Positions 20,679 through 29,397 are shown, numbered from the stretch's first letter. The stretch: DNA of 64,000 bases from a bacterium (GCA_963693055.1 OY843751.1:1280001-1344000); one strand, 5' to 3'. Program-made: numbers and translations. Notes: generated by a model not told the origin, from the letters alone.

Positions 20679-22043
20679 TTATGGTAATTCCAGTTTCAAT
20701 GCATCATCATAGATGATTAAGAGCCAGTCGTTTCCTCTGCCGTTTGTGGGGGGCGTAAACGACTGAATGCCTTTGGTATCGGGTCTGTGTACTTGAGCAA
20801 AGGTACCGTAACGCGGGTCCCACCAGACTTCGTGGTTGCGATCTCCGCTGATCCGGCTCTTGTCTACGGTAAATTTTTCTCCATAAGGAGAATAGATCAA
20901 TGCTATGGAGCCGTCTGCTGCAACTGCCGCTCTGATCTTTGCACCGCCATAGGTGGGGCCATCAAGAATAAAGTCTTGTGCTGGTACCAGTGTTTCAAAA
21001 GGGATAGAGTTATACAGTTTTGCCAGATAACCCATCTGAAACGAACCGGGATGATGAATAGCTTCATTCCATGGCACATTGGGAAAAATGGCGCCTTCAC
21101 GGTCTTTTGTCCACATTTGCCAGATGTTATTGTTGCCATATGTATGGCCGCAGGCACCTGCCAGCAGTGACCAGTAAGCAGCCTGACGGCTGTCAAAGTC
21201 GTCAATACGATCGTTGGGGTCCATATTTTTAAAATAAAAACCGGTAGGCATGGTTTCGTAGCGAGGTTCACCATCCAGTGTGGGTTTGGGGGGCGTTAAT
21301 GCATAGTCATGCTCGGCAAACAAGCCGTTGTCATGATCGTGCGCGCCGTGTGATGATTGTACCATGTTGAAATCGAGCCAGTCTGCATTGTGGAAATAGT
21401 CTGATGACAAGCCGGGGCCGCGGGGATGAAACGTGATTAAATGCGCACCGCCGTCACCTTTTTGTAATCCCAATGCCATAGATTCAATAATATCCAACTC
21501 GGTTTGAGTATGGGGATTGGTATCTCCACCCAATATCCAGATGATGGGTTTGTCTTTGTAGCGTTTACCCAAATACTGGCCAAAGGAATAGGCATTATCT
21601 TTATCAAAGATTTTACTGTCGCCGCTTTCGGTCCAGTAACTACCCCATGTGGGCAGCATCCCGATAAAAAGTCCCAACTCTTCAGCCTTGTTGACGATAT
21701 AATCCACATGCTTGAAATAACCTTCCAGAGGCTGGTTGGGGTTCTGGTCTTTTAATGGAAAGTCTCCATAGGCGTTGGGTTCTTTCATGCCATTTACTTG
21801 TGACAACACTACAGCCTGTATGACGGTAAAGCCCTTGTTGGCACGATCGGTCAGGTAAAGGTCTGCTTCTTTACGATTTAAGCGATGGAACAGCTCCCAG
21901 GCCGTATCACCGAGGTAAAAGAACGGGGTGCCGTCCGAATATTGCAGATACCGGCCATTTTCGCTAACTTTGAGCGTTTTGGATATGCTGGTTGAAGAAA
22001 TGAAAAGAATTGAAATCAGTAGGAAATAAAGAAAACGTTTCAT
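20679..22043 (-). CDS. GH140-like apiosidase (DUF4038 plus collagen-binding-like domain)
   Basis: PFFYLGDTAWELFHRL, IIWILGGD, LDGEPRYE, GHTYG, WWDPRYG; start MKRFLY. Confidence 0.85.
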   Translation of the reverse strand: MKRFLYFLLISILFISSTSISKTLKVSENGRYLQYSDGTPFFYLGDTAWELFHRLNRKEADLYLTDRANKGFTVIQAVVLSQVNGMKEPNAYGDFPLKDQNPNQPLEGYFKHVDYIVNKAEELGLFIGMLPTWGSYWTESGDSKIFDKDNAYSFGQYLGKRYKDKPIIWILGGDTNPHTQTELDIIESMALGLQKGDGGAHLITFHPRGPGLSSDYFHNADWLDFNMVQSSHGAHDHDNGLFAEHDYALTPPKPTLDGEPRYETMPTGFYFKNMDPNDRIDDFDSRQAAYWSLLAGACGHTYGNNNIWQMWTKDREGAIFPNVPWNEAIHHPGSFQMGYLAKLYNSIPFETLVPAQDFILDGPTYGGAKIRAAVAADGSIALIYSPYGEKFTVDKSRISGDRNHEVWWDPRYGTFAQVHRPDTKGIQSFTPPTNGRGNDWLLIIYDDALKLELP

Positions 22044-22167
22044 TTGATCACCCTCTGTTATTATGAATCTTATAATAACACAAATCAGGATGAAATAATC
22101 AATAGAAATATAAGACTGGAAAGAGAAAAAAATGATGCGCAAACGCGCACCATTTTTAAAAATAAGA

Positions 22168-22584
22168 TCAGTCGATAGTTACTACAAGGATGGGGCAGGA
22201 AACCAGGTCTGAAACGCGTTCGTCAACCGAGTCTGTAATGACTGCTTTGATCTGGCTTTTGGATTTATGGCCAATAATCAGCATATCGTATCCTTTTGCT
22301 GCATCGGCTATAGAGTTTGCATATTCATCACTTTCAACGATGCTGATTGCAATGTTTTTTGCCAATTCGGGTTGACCTGCTTTTTCGATCAGTTCACGCA
22401 GGTCTTTTTCTTCAACCAGTGGTAGTCCGTCCATCATCATATGGGCTTTGCCGGCAGCAGGATCGTTGATATGGAATGCAGATAATTCTGAGCCCAGTGC
22501 ATCTGCCAGTTTTACGGCTTCATTAACAATAGCGGTTTCTTTTTCAATACCTTCCAGAGCTATTAAAATCTTTTTATAAGGCAT
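22168..22584 (-). CDS. Universal stress protein
   Basis: YKKILIA..DMLIIG..SVDERV..CPILVV. Confidence 0.85.
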   Translation of the reverse strand: MPYKKILIALEGIEKETAIVNEAVKLADALGSELSAFHINDPAAGKAHMMMDGLPLVEEKDLRELIEKAGQPELAKNIAISIVESDEYANSIADAAKGYDMLIIGHKSKSQIKAVITDSVDERVSDLVSCPILVVTID

Positions 22585-22874
22585 TTGGGGTCCTCCAAGT
22601 CAGAGTTTTTGTATCATATTTTAATCATACCCTCCTGGTTGTTTGATTTTCTGATCAGGCGGGTAATGTATATATTTTCAATGTAGACAAGTTAGTCAGA
22701 TTATTTTTAAATTACAAGTGATTTGATTGGGGGGATGTTGTCTGAATTGGGATTTTGAGGATGAATGGATTTGGGTTCAAGTTTTTTGGGAAATGGAGTA
22801 ACTGTAAATTAAATTTGGTGCAAGATGTACAATTTGATATTGGAATATGTAGGATGAAATGTTGTTATGAATAT

Positions 22875-22908
22875 TAATCTTGACTTTTTAAGACCTGGGA
22901 TGTAATTT
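22875..22908 (+). promoter_or_regulatory. Sigma70-type promoter of TA module 1
   Basis: TTGACT-17-TAATTT; 17-mer TAATCTTGACTTTTTAA identical to 23717-23733. Confidence 0.55.
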
Positions 22909-22965
22909 AAAATGAGATGCAATTTTTAACGGTAAGGAGAGATATTCAAAATCCAAACGATTTCA

Positions 22966-23217
22966 ATGTTTTTTGGTATTATTGTTCGTATGTATTGCGC
23001 ACCTGGAGAACATAATCCGCCCCATTTTCATGCGTATTATCAGGATTATAAAGTCGTTGTCGATATAAATCATTGTGAGATTACTGACGGAGATTTTCCA
23101 CCCAAACAAGCAAAGCTGGTTGTAGCCTGGGCAGAATTGCGTAAAGAGGAATTCCTAGCGGATTGGGAATTGGCATCAAAGGGTGAATTGCCTTTCAAGA
23201 TTGATCCTTTAAAGTGA
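22966..23217 (+). CDS. DUF4160 protein (putative TA component); canonical start appears mutated
   Basis: MFFGIIVRMY..EHNPPHFHAYY; upstream in-frame ATC CAA ACG ATT TCA versus the usual MPTIS. Confidence 0.8.
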   Translation: MFFGIIVRMYCAPGEHNPPHFHAYYQDYKVVVDINHCEITDGDFPPKQAKLVVAWAELRKEEFLADWELASKGELPFKIDPLK

Positions 23218-23231
23218 TATTTGAGGTTTTT

Positions 23232-23477
23232 ATGTATTTGTCCGTTGTTAAAGTTAAACCATTAAAAGATTTCAAGCTGCTATTAACATTCGAAAATGAT
23301 GAGAATCGCATTTTTGATGTATCTCCCTATCTGGAGATTGGCAGGTATGCCGAATTAAAAAATGTATCTTTGTTTAATTCTGTAAGGAAAAGTTTTGATT
23401 CAATCCAATGGCCCAATGAACTTGATTTTGATCCTGAATTTTTATATGAGAAAAGTGAGTTAGTAGAGGATGTCTAG
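23232..23477 (+). CDS. DUF2442 protein (putative TA partner)
   Basis: VKVKPLKDFKLLLTFEN..IQWPNELDFDPEFLY; GAGG RBS. Confidence 0.85.
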   Translation: MYLSVVKVKPLKDFKLLLTFENDENRIFDVSPYLEIGRYAELKNVSLFNSVRKSFDSIQWPNELDFDPEFLYEKSELVEDV

Positions 23478-23600
23478 TATAGAGGTTTCAAGATTTATTG
23501 AATTTATAGATTGCAAGTTTGAATTTGATGGTTATTTGTTCCTAATCCCGAAAATCTTTAAATCCTTTCATCATAATTCTGACGGTGAAGGTTTGTGATA

Positions 23601-23691
23601 GTAGATCACATTTTAATTACTCACCACAAGGTGAGCTATGAGACCGCTTTCAGCGGACAAACGAAATGAATTTCGTTCTACAGGGGATTGT
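23601..23691. repeat. Repeat A copy 1 (GTAG-type REP/REPIN-like double hairpin)
   Basis: GTAGATCACA...CCGCTTTCAGCGGACAAACGAAATGAATTTCGTTCTACAGGGGATTGT; 48-bp core 23644-23691. Confidence 0.85.
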
Positions 23692-23716
23692 ATGAATTTG
23701 ATAGATAGGATTTTAA

Positions 23717-23750
23717 TAATCTTGACTTTTTAATGACAAGAAAGTACCTT
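23717..23750 (+). promoter_or_regulatory. Sigma70-type promoter of hicAB
   Basis: TTGACT-17-TACCTT. Confidence 0.55.
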
Positions 23751-23812
23751 ATATAAATTATGTCTGTTGGAAAGCCGTTGTTTGAGATTTATTAAATCTA
23801 TCGAAGGACTAT

Positions 23813-24070
23813 ATGGGCAAATACGAAAAACTGTATATTCAAATTATGACGAGAATGTCAGATGCGAATATTCCGTTTGATTCGATGGTTATATTATTAA
23901 AGAAACTTGGTTTCAAAGAACGTATTAAAGGGGATCACCACATTTTAACCATGGATGGTGTAGAAGAGATAATCAACCTGCAGGCAAAGGAAGGAAAAGC
24001 AAAGCCTTATCAGGTTAAGCAGGTGCGCGAAGTGATTCTGCGATATAATCTCAAATTAGGAGTAAAATGA
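23813..24070 (+). CDS. hicA: HicA-family toxin
   Basis: LGFKERIKGDHHI..INLQ..AKPYQVKQV. Confidence 0.88.
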   Translation: MGKYEKLYIQIMTRMSDANIPFDSMVILLKKLGFKERIKGDHHILTMDGVEEIINLQAKEGKAKPYQVKQVREVILRYNLKLGVK

Positions 24071-24282
24071 TGGTTTCAAAATATGAAATAATAATTTATT
24101 GGAGCGATGAAGACAGCGCATATATAGCGGAAGTGCCTGAATTGTCGGGTTGTATGGCGGATGGCGCTACATATCAGGAAGCACTGGCAAATGTGGAACA
24201 GATCATTCAAGAGTGGATTGATACCGCAAAAGAACTGGGACGAGAAATTCCAACACCAAGGGGAAGATTGGCATACGCATAA
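24067..24282 (+). CDS. hicB: HicB-family antitoxin
   Basis: YEIIIYWSDED..AEVPELSGCMADGATYQEAL..IPTP; ATGA overlap with hicA. Confidence 0.9.
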   Translation: MMVSKYEIIIYWSDEDSAYIAEVPELSGCMADGATYQEALANVEQIIQEWIDTAKELGREIPTPRGRLAYA

Positions 24283-24307
24283 GCCGGTGCTAGCTCAATT
24301 GATTTAT

Positions 24308-24414
24308 TGTCTGTATCAGGATTTATAGGTTTCAGTGAGGCCAGGATTTGTGCTTTTTAAAACTCAGCTGCTTTCAAATAATCTTTTAAATCCCGCACAT
24401 TCTGATTCTGAAGG
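24308..24414. repeat. Repeat B (long imperfect hairpin, TGTCTGAATCAGGAT...ATCCTGATTCAGAC family)
   Basis: TGTCTGTATCAGGATTT...ATTCTGATTCTGAAGG. Confidence 0.65.
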
Positions 24415-24423
24415 TGATTGTTT

Positions 24424-24519
24424 GTAGATCACAATTTAGTGGGATTTACCGCCGCAAAACGGGCTAAGAGTCCGCTTTCAGCAGACAAACGAAATGAATT
24501 TCGTTCTACAGGGGATTGT
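24424..24519. repeat. Repeat A copy 2
   Basis: Core 24472-24519 is 47/48 identical to copy 1. Confidence 0.85.
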
Positions 24520-24621
24520 CTGAATTAAGATTTTTGGGATTTATAGGATGATAAGATTAGGTTTGATGCTTGCTGTTACCCAATCCCATAAATCGTTAAT
24601 CCTTTTATCCTAATTTAGACA
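24517..24621. repeat. Repeat B copy
   Basis: TGTCTGAATTAAGAT pairs 13/15 with ATCCTAATTTAGACA. Confidence 0.7.
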
Positions 24622-24765
24622 GTGAAATAAGGATTCTTGGGTAAAGTTCAAAATTGAATATCCAATTATTATCAGTTTTTAAGAAAATATCAAACAAAAA
24701 TATCTTGATTTATAATTTATTGCACTATAAATTTAAGAAAATTCATTTAATAATTGAGAATTGAA

Positions 24766-24981
24766 ATGACATTTAATGAAATAGAGCAAAAATCACTTGA
24801 ATTAACAGCAAATGATAGAATACGTCTTGTTGAAAAATTGATAGCAAGTTTGGATAAACCTGATCCAGAGATCGAGGCGGCATGGATCAAAGAATCTGAG
24901 GCTCGTTTGGCTGCGTATGAAAAAGGAGAATTGAAAACAGTACCTTTGGAAAAAGTACTTGGGGAATTGAAACGTAAATGA
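24766..24981 (+). CDS. Addiction module antitoxin (TIGR02574-like)
   Basis: LTANDRIRLVEKLIASLD..IEAAWIKESEARLAAYEKGE. Confidence 0.85.
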   Translation: MTFNEIEQKSLELTANDRIRLVEKLIASLDKPDPEIEAAWIKESEARLAAYEKGELKTVPLEKVLGELKRK

Positions 24982-25266
24982 AATTATTTTTTTCTGAACT
25001 TGCTCAAAACGAATTACAGGATGCAGTTACTTATTATGATGAAATTTCGTCTTTATTGGGGGATGCTTTAATAAAAGAAGTCAAACAGGCTGAAAAGTTG
25101 ATTACTGTTTTTCCTTTCGCATGGACCAGTGTTGGTAATCATCAGAGAAAATATATTTTAAAAAAGATTTCCATATATGATGATCTATAAGATTTATGGA
25201 GACCGGATCATTGTTTCTGCATTTGCTCACCAATATCGTAATCTGGAATATTTTATTGATAGATAG
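24978..25266 (+). pseudogene. RelE/ParE-family toxin, frameshifted
   Basis: AQNELQDAVTYY.. in frame 0; after TTTTAAAAAAG the +1 frame gives RFPYMMIYKIYGDRIIVSAFAHQYR..stop 25266. Confidence 0.85.
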
Positions 25267-25290
25267 CAAAATACCCTGAACTGTCCGTGG

Positions 25291-25383
25291 ATAGATCACA
25301 CTTTGGGATTGCTCACCGCATGGTAGGTTATGAGCCCGCTTTCAGCGGACAAACGAAATGAATTTCGTTCTACAGTGGATTGT
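25291..25383. repeat. Repeat A copy 3
   Basis: Core 25336-25383 is 47/48 identical to copy 1. Confidence 0.85.
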
Positions 25384-25496
25384 CTGAATCAGGATTAGCT
25401 GGATTTGAGTTTTTTTTACATTGATATGTCCTTTATTAAATCCCGATATATATAATCTTATAATCTTGTAAATCCTACGCATCCTGATTCAGACGG
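25381..25496. repeat. Repeat B copy (best preserved)
   Basis: GTCTGAATCAGGAT (25382-25395) is a perfect inverted repeat of ATCCTGATTCAGAC (25481-25494). Confidence 0.8.
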
Positions 25497-25536
25497 TAAA
25501 ATCCTGTGCCAGAGGCACAGGCTAGGGACTTGAGAG

Positions 25537-26190
25537 CTAATAAAGTGTATCTAATAAATATTTTAATGTTTTTTCTTCAATATAAAGTGATTTCAAATCA
25601 TATATTTTTATTGTGGTTATTGTATCCCTGCAAGAAGTTATATTTAAAATATTGCGTTTACCATCCAATTCCAGTTCAGCATATTGACACCTGTAAATGA
25701 AATCAAGGTTTCTCACAAGTTTTATGTTTGTGTTATATTGATATTCCTGTTCGATTGTAATAAAATATGGATCAAATGCCATTGGCTTATTTCTATATAT
25801 ATTGATTTTATTGTTATTATATAGAATGGAATCCAACAATTCATATGATTTATTTGTAGTATCGCCATAAAATAAAGTTTTGGGGATTGAATATATTTCA
25901 AATAAAAATGTAATTGTGATTATTGATACCATAGGTATGCTTGAAATTATTGTGATAATCCTTAACAGATTTTTTTTAAATTGAAATGCCGAGATTAACA
26001 ATAAAATAGATAAAGGAGATAGTAAAAATATTAAATAGCGGGATAGATAAATACCTTTATATGAAATATTTATCTCTGGCCTATATAAAAAATAACACCA
26101 GTAAATGATTATATATAGTATAATAAAAATACCAAATAAAAAATATTGATTTAGTGGTCTTTTTTTAAATTTGAACATATTTATACTCAC
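25537..26190 (-). CDS. Very AT-rich hypothetical membrane protein
   Basis: 217-aa ORF, three N-terminal TMs followed by a soluble domain. Confidence 0.55.
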   Translation of the reverse strand: MSINMFKFKKRPLNQYFLFGIFIILYIIIYWCYFLYRPEINISYKGIYLSRYLIFLLSPLSILLLISAFQFKKNLLRIITIISSIPMVSIITITFLFEIYSIPKTLFYGDTTNKSYELLDSILYNNNKINIYRNKPMAFDPYFITIEQEYQYNTNIKLVRNLDFIYRCQYAELELDGKRNILNITSCRDTITTIKIYDLKSLYIEEKTLKYLLDTLY

Positions 26191-26358
26191 TTTTTTATTA
26201 TACTGGGCAGTTAATTTAATCTTTTAATCAAGTAAGACCGTAAAAACGATTTTATAAATATCTGTAAAGTATAAAGGATCCCCTGAATATTCAATTTATA
26301 ATATTGTTAATTAAGAATATTTATTTTAATTAATCAAGACAAAATATCAAGTGCTGAT

Positions 26359-26398
26359 AAAAAAATCCCCCACAACCCAAATGCGATTGTGGGGGATT
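26359..26398 (-). terminator. Intrinsic terminator of rex-serC-serA
   Basis: AATCCCCCACAA/TTGTGGGGGATT stem with a T-run on the minus strand. Confidence 0.8.
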
Positions 26399-26421
26399 AG
26401 AGTCATTAAATATTTATCTGA

Positions 26422-27600
26422 TTAATCATTACCGCATTTGAGCGCGCGTACCATAATTACACCGTCAATGTCGTTGAGGCGGGTGAGGTCTTCTTCAATC
26501 ACTTCTTCTTCAACATCGATGATGTTATAGGCAAAGTCGCCCTTGTTGCGGTTGAGCATGTTGGTGATGTTTATGTCCTTATCCGCGAGAACACCGGTGA
26601 TCTGTCCCACCATTTTGGGGATGTTGCGGTTGATCACAATCAGACGTGTATGTCCGGAAAAGGGCAGCTCGCAATTGGGGAAATTGACACAGTTGACCAG
26701 GTTACCGCATTCCAGATAATTGCGTAGTTGTTCCGCGGCCATGGCAGCACAGTTGTCTTCAGATTCCGGGGTAGATGCACCAAGATGGGGAATGCCAATA
26801 ACATTTTCCATTTTCAGCAACTCTTCATCTGGGAAATCGCTAACATATGCGGAGACAATGCCGGCTTCCAGAGCGTCTTTGAGGTCCTTGTTGTTCACCA
26901 AGCCGCCGCGGGCAAAGTTGAGTATGCGGATACCTTTTTTCATAATCTTGAATTTTTCCGCATTGATCATGCCCTTGGTTTCATCTGTCAATGGTGCATG
27001 GATGGTGATGTAATCGGATTCTGCCAGTAACTGATCAAGCGATGCCGCTTTTTTGATCTCACGGTCCAGATCCCATGCATGGTCAACTGACAAAAAGGGG
27101 TCGAAGCCCATTACTGTCATACCCAGGGAGCGAGCGTCGTTTGCAACCATAACACCAATGGCACCCAGGCCAATAACGCCCAGACGTTTACCTTTGATCT
27201 CGGGGCCGGCAAACTGGGACTTGCCTTTTTCGATCAGTTTTGGCACTTCATCGCCTTTACCAATCAACGTTTTTGCCCATTCAATACCGGGCAGAATTTT
27301 ACGGGAAGATAACAACATTCCCGTAAGTACCATTTCTTTAACGCCATTGGCATTTGCGCCGGGTGTGTTGAATACAACAATACCTTTTTCAGCACATTTT
27401 TCCAATGGAATGTTGTTAACGCCGGCGCCGGCACGGGCAACTGCCAAAAGTGTTGAAGGCAGTTCCATTTCATGCATGCTAAAACTTCGTACAATAATGG
27501 CATCCGGTTCATTAATTTCTGACGATACTTCGTAACAACTTCTCGGTAAAAGCTCAAGGCCTACCGGTGAGATTTTATTCAAGGTTTTGACTTTGAACAT
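26422..27600 (-). CDS. serA: D-3-phosphoglycerate dehydrogenase with ACT domain
   Basis: ARAGAGVNNI, NTPGANAN, GLGAIG, PHLGAST; downstream of serC. Confidence 0.93.
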   Translation of the reverse strand: MFKVKTLNKISPVGLELLPRSCYEVSSEINEPDAIIVRSFSMHEMELPSTLLAVARAGAGVNNIPLEKCAEKGIVVFNTPGANANGVKEMVLTGMLLSSRKILPGIEWAKTLIGKGDEVPKLIEKGKSQFAGPEIKGKRLGVIGLGAIGVMVANDARSLGMTVMGFDPFLSVDHAWDLDREIKKAASLDQLLAESDYITIHAPLTDETKGMINAEKFKIMKKGIRILNFARGGLVNNKDLKDALEAGIVSAYVSDFPDEELLKMENVIGIPHLGASTPESEDNCAAMAAEQLRNYLECGNLVNCVNFPNCELPFSGHTRLIVINRNIPKMVGQITGVLADKDINITNMLNRNKGDFAYNIIDVEEEVIEEDLTRLNDIDGVIMVRALKCGND

Positions 27601-27611
27601 GTCCCGTCCTT

Positions 27612-28697
27612 TTATTTATTCTCAGATTCAAATTTTTTCATATAGTCCACCAATTTCTTGACACCCTCCACCGGCATGGCGTTATAGATGCTGGCACGCA
27701 TACCACCAACTGAGCGGTGGCCTTTGAGTGTCATTAAACCTTCCGCAGCTGCTCCTTTGATAAAGGCAGCGTCCAACTCTTCGGAAGGAGATACAAAGGG
27801 TACGTTCATCAATGAACGGTCCTCTTTGCCTACCGTACCTTTAAAGAAAGCGGACTCGTCAAGATAATCATACAAAAGGGCTGCTTTTTCGCGGTTAACT
27901 TTTTCAACGGCTTCAATTCCGCCTTGTTCTTTGACCCATTCAAAAACCAGTTTACAGATATAGATACTGTAACAGGGTGGGGTGTTGAACAGGGATTTTG
28001 CATCAACATGGGTTTTGTAATTCAGCATAGTGGGGGTAATGCTCTCGTCCGCGTGGCCTACCAGATCGTCACGAATGATGGTAATTGCAACACCGGAAGG
28101 ACCTGCATTTTTTTGCGCGCCGGCAAAGATGAGACCGAAATCATTTACATTGTAAACCTGAGACAAAAAGTTTGAAGACATGTCTGCAACCAGGGGAACG
28201 TCACCGGTTTTAGGCAATTCGGAAAAGAGTGTTCCGTAAATAGTATTGTTGGTGACCATGTAAAAGTAATCCGCGTCATTGGTAAAAGTTGCGGGATCCA
28301 GTTTGGGGATATAGTTGAATGTTTTGTCTTCAGAGGAGGCAACAATGTTTACCTCTCCAAAACGTTTGGCTTCGGGAATTGCTTTTTTAGACCATTGGCC
28401 GGTGTTGACATAATCTGCTTTTTTGCTATTGCGGAACAAGTTTAGTGGAACCATAGCAAACTGGGTAGACGCACCACCCTGTAAAAACAATACATGATAA
28501 TTATCTGGAATGTTCATGATCTCACGTAAAACAGTTTCTGCTCCAACAATTATATCATTATACGCACCTGAGCGATGGCTCATCTCCATAACGGACATGC
28601 CAGTGCCCTGGTAATCCAACATTTCTTCTGCTGCTTTTTTAAGAACCGGTTCGGGGAGAGTCGCCGGTCCTGCCGAAAAATTATAAACACGGCCCAT
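27612..28697 (-). CDS. serC: Phosphoserine aminotransferase
   Basis: YNFSAGPA, EMSHRS, AGAQKN, GHRSVGGMRASIYNA. Confidence 0.97.
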   Translation of the reverse strand: MGRVYNFSAGPATLPEPVLKKAAEEMLDYQGTGMSVMEMSHRSGAYNDIIVGAETVLREIMNIPDNYHVLFLQGGASTQFAMVPLNLFRNSKKADYVNTGQWSKKAIPEAKRFGEVNIVASSEDKTFNYIPKLDPATFTNDADYFYMVTNNTIYGTLFSELPKTGDVPLVADMSSNFLSQVYNVNDFGLIFAGAQKNAGPSGVAITIIRDDLVGHADESITPTMLNYKTHVDAKSLFNTPPCYSIYICKLVFEWVKEQGGIEAVEKVNREKAALLYDYLDESAFFKGTVGKEDRSLMNVPFVSPSEELDAAFIKGAAAEGLMTLKGHRSVGGMRASIYNAMPVEGVKKLVDYMKKFESENK

Positions 28698-28742
28698 AAT
28701 AGTCTCCTATCTATTGATCTGTTTATGAAATAAAAAAAGGAA

Positions 28743-29366
28743 TTATCGGTTTAATGTACTCAGTGCAATCAATTCATCGAATGCACCTACCACATCAATA
28801 TTGCTGACGTAAACCGGATAGTCGTATACCTTGAGGTATCCCGGTGTGAAATTGACGATTCCCTGAATACCGCCCTGCAAGAGTTTATCGGTCACTTCTT
28901 GTGCCGAAGCCACAGGTACGGTTAAAACGGCAAGTTCAATATTTTTCTGTTTTACAATATCTTCAATGGCATGCGAGGGGTAAACATCAATATCGGTTTT
29001 AATAGTTTCCAGAACATTGATATTGGAATCAAACCCTGCAACAATTCTATATCCATTTACGATGAAATTGTCAAAGTTCATTATGGCGCTGCCCAGGCGT
29101 CCTAATCCTACTACGCAGGCATGTCGTTCATGGTCAAAACCCAGATGGGAAGAAATATGGTCTTTTAACCGTTTAACATCATATCCGGAACCCGTGTTGC
29201 CAATTTCTCCAAGATAGCCGATATCTTTACGTATATTGTGAGAACCGAGTCCCAACTGTGCGGCTATTTTTGATGAAGAAATCGACTGGATTCCTTGTTT
29301 TTCCAACTCTTCTAAAAACCGGTACAACATGGAAAGACGTGCAACGGCTGGTTTAGGTACTTTCAT
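28743..29366 (-). CDS. rex: Redox-sensing transcriptional repressor Rex
   Basis: VARLSMLYR, ISSSKIA, IRKDIGYLGEIG, VGLGRLG, GIVNFTP. Confidence 0.92.
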   Translation of the reverse strand: MKVPKPAVARLSMLYRFLEELEKQGIQSISSSKIAAQLGLGSHNIRKDIGYLGEIGNTGSGYDVKRLKDHISSHLGFDHERHACVVGLGRLGSAIMNFDNFIVNGYRIVAGFDSNINVLETIKTDIDVYPSHAIEDIVKQKNIELAVLTVPVASAQEVTDKLLQGGIQGIVNFTPGYLKVYDYPVYVSNIDVVGAFDELIALSTLNR

Positions 29367-29379
29367 AACACTACTATTT

Positions 29380-29397
29380 TTGTGATTTTTTTCACAG
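29380..29397. promoter_or_regulatory. Rex operator 1
   Basis: TTGTGATTTTTTTCACAG versus consensus TTGTGAA-N4-TTCACAA. Confidence 0.7.

Noticed and set aside
24283-24301. GCCGGTGCTAGCTCAATTG resembling a tRNA 5' end
   Set aside because: No anticodon arm, T-loop or 3' acceptor strand follows; probably chance.
25156-25167. Programmed -1 frameshift in the RelE/ParE gene
   Set aside because: The conserved C-terminus is in the +1 frame, not the -1 frame.
23644-25383. Repeat A as a CRISPR array
   Set aside because: The spacers are about 800 bp and contain whole genes; no cas genes are in the window.
23601-25383. Repeat A as classical integron attC sites
   Set aside because: No RYYYAAC...GTTRRRY ends enclose a single hairpin and no intI is in the window; the GTAG/CTAC ends fit REP better.
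27053-27535. Long antisense ORFs (also 14272-14811, 30193-30648, 46666-47130, 8932-9381)
   Set aside because: They are shadows of well-supported genes on the opposite strand and have no recognisable motifs.
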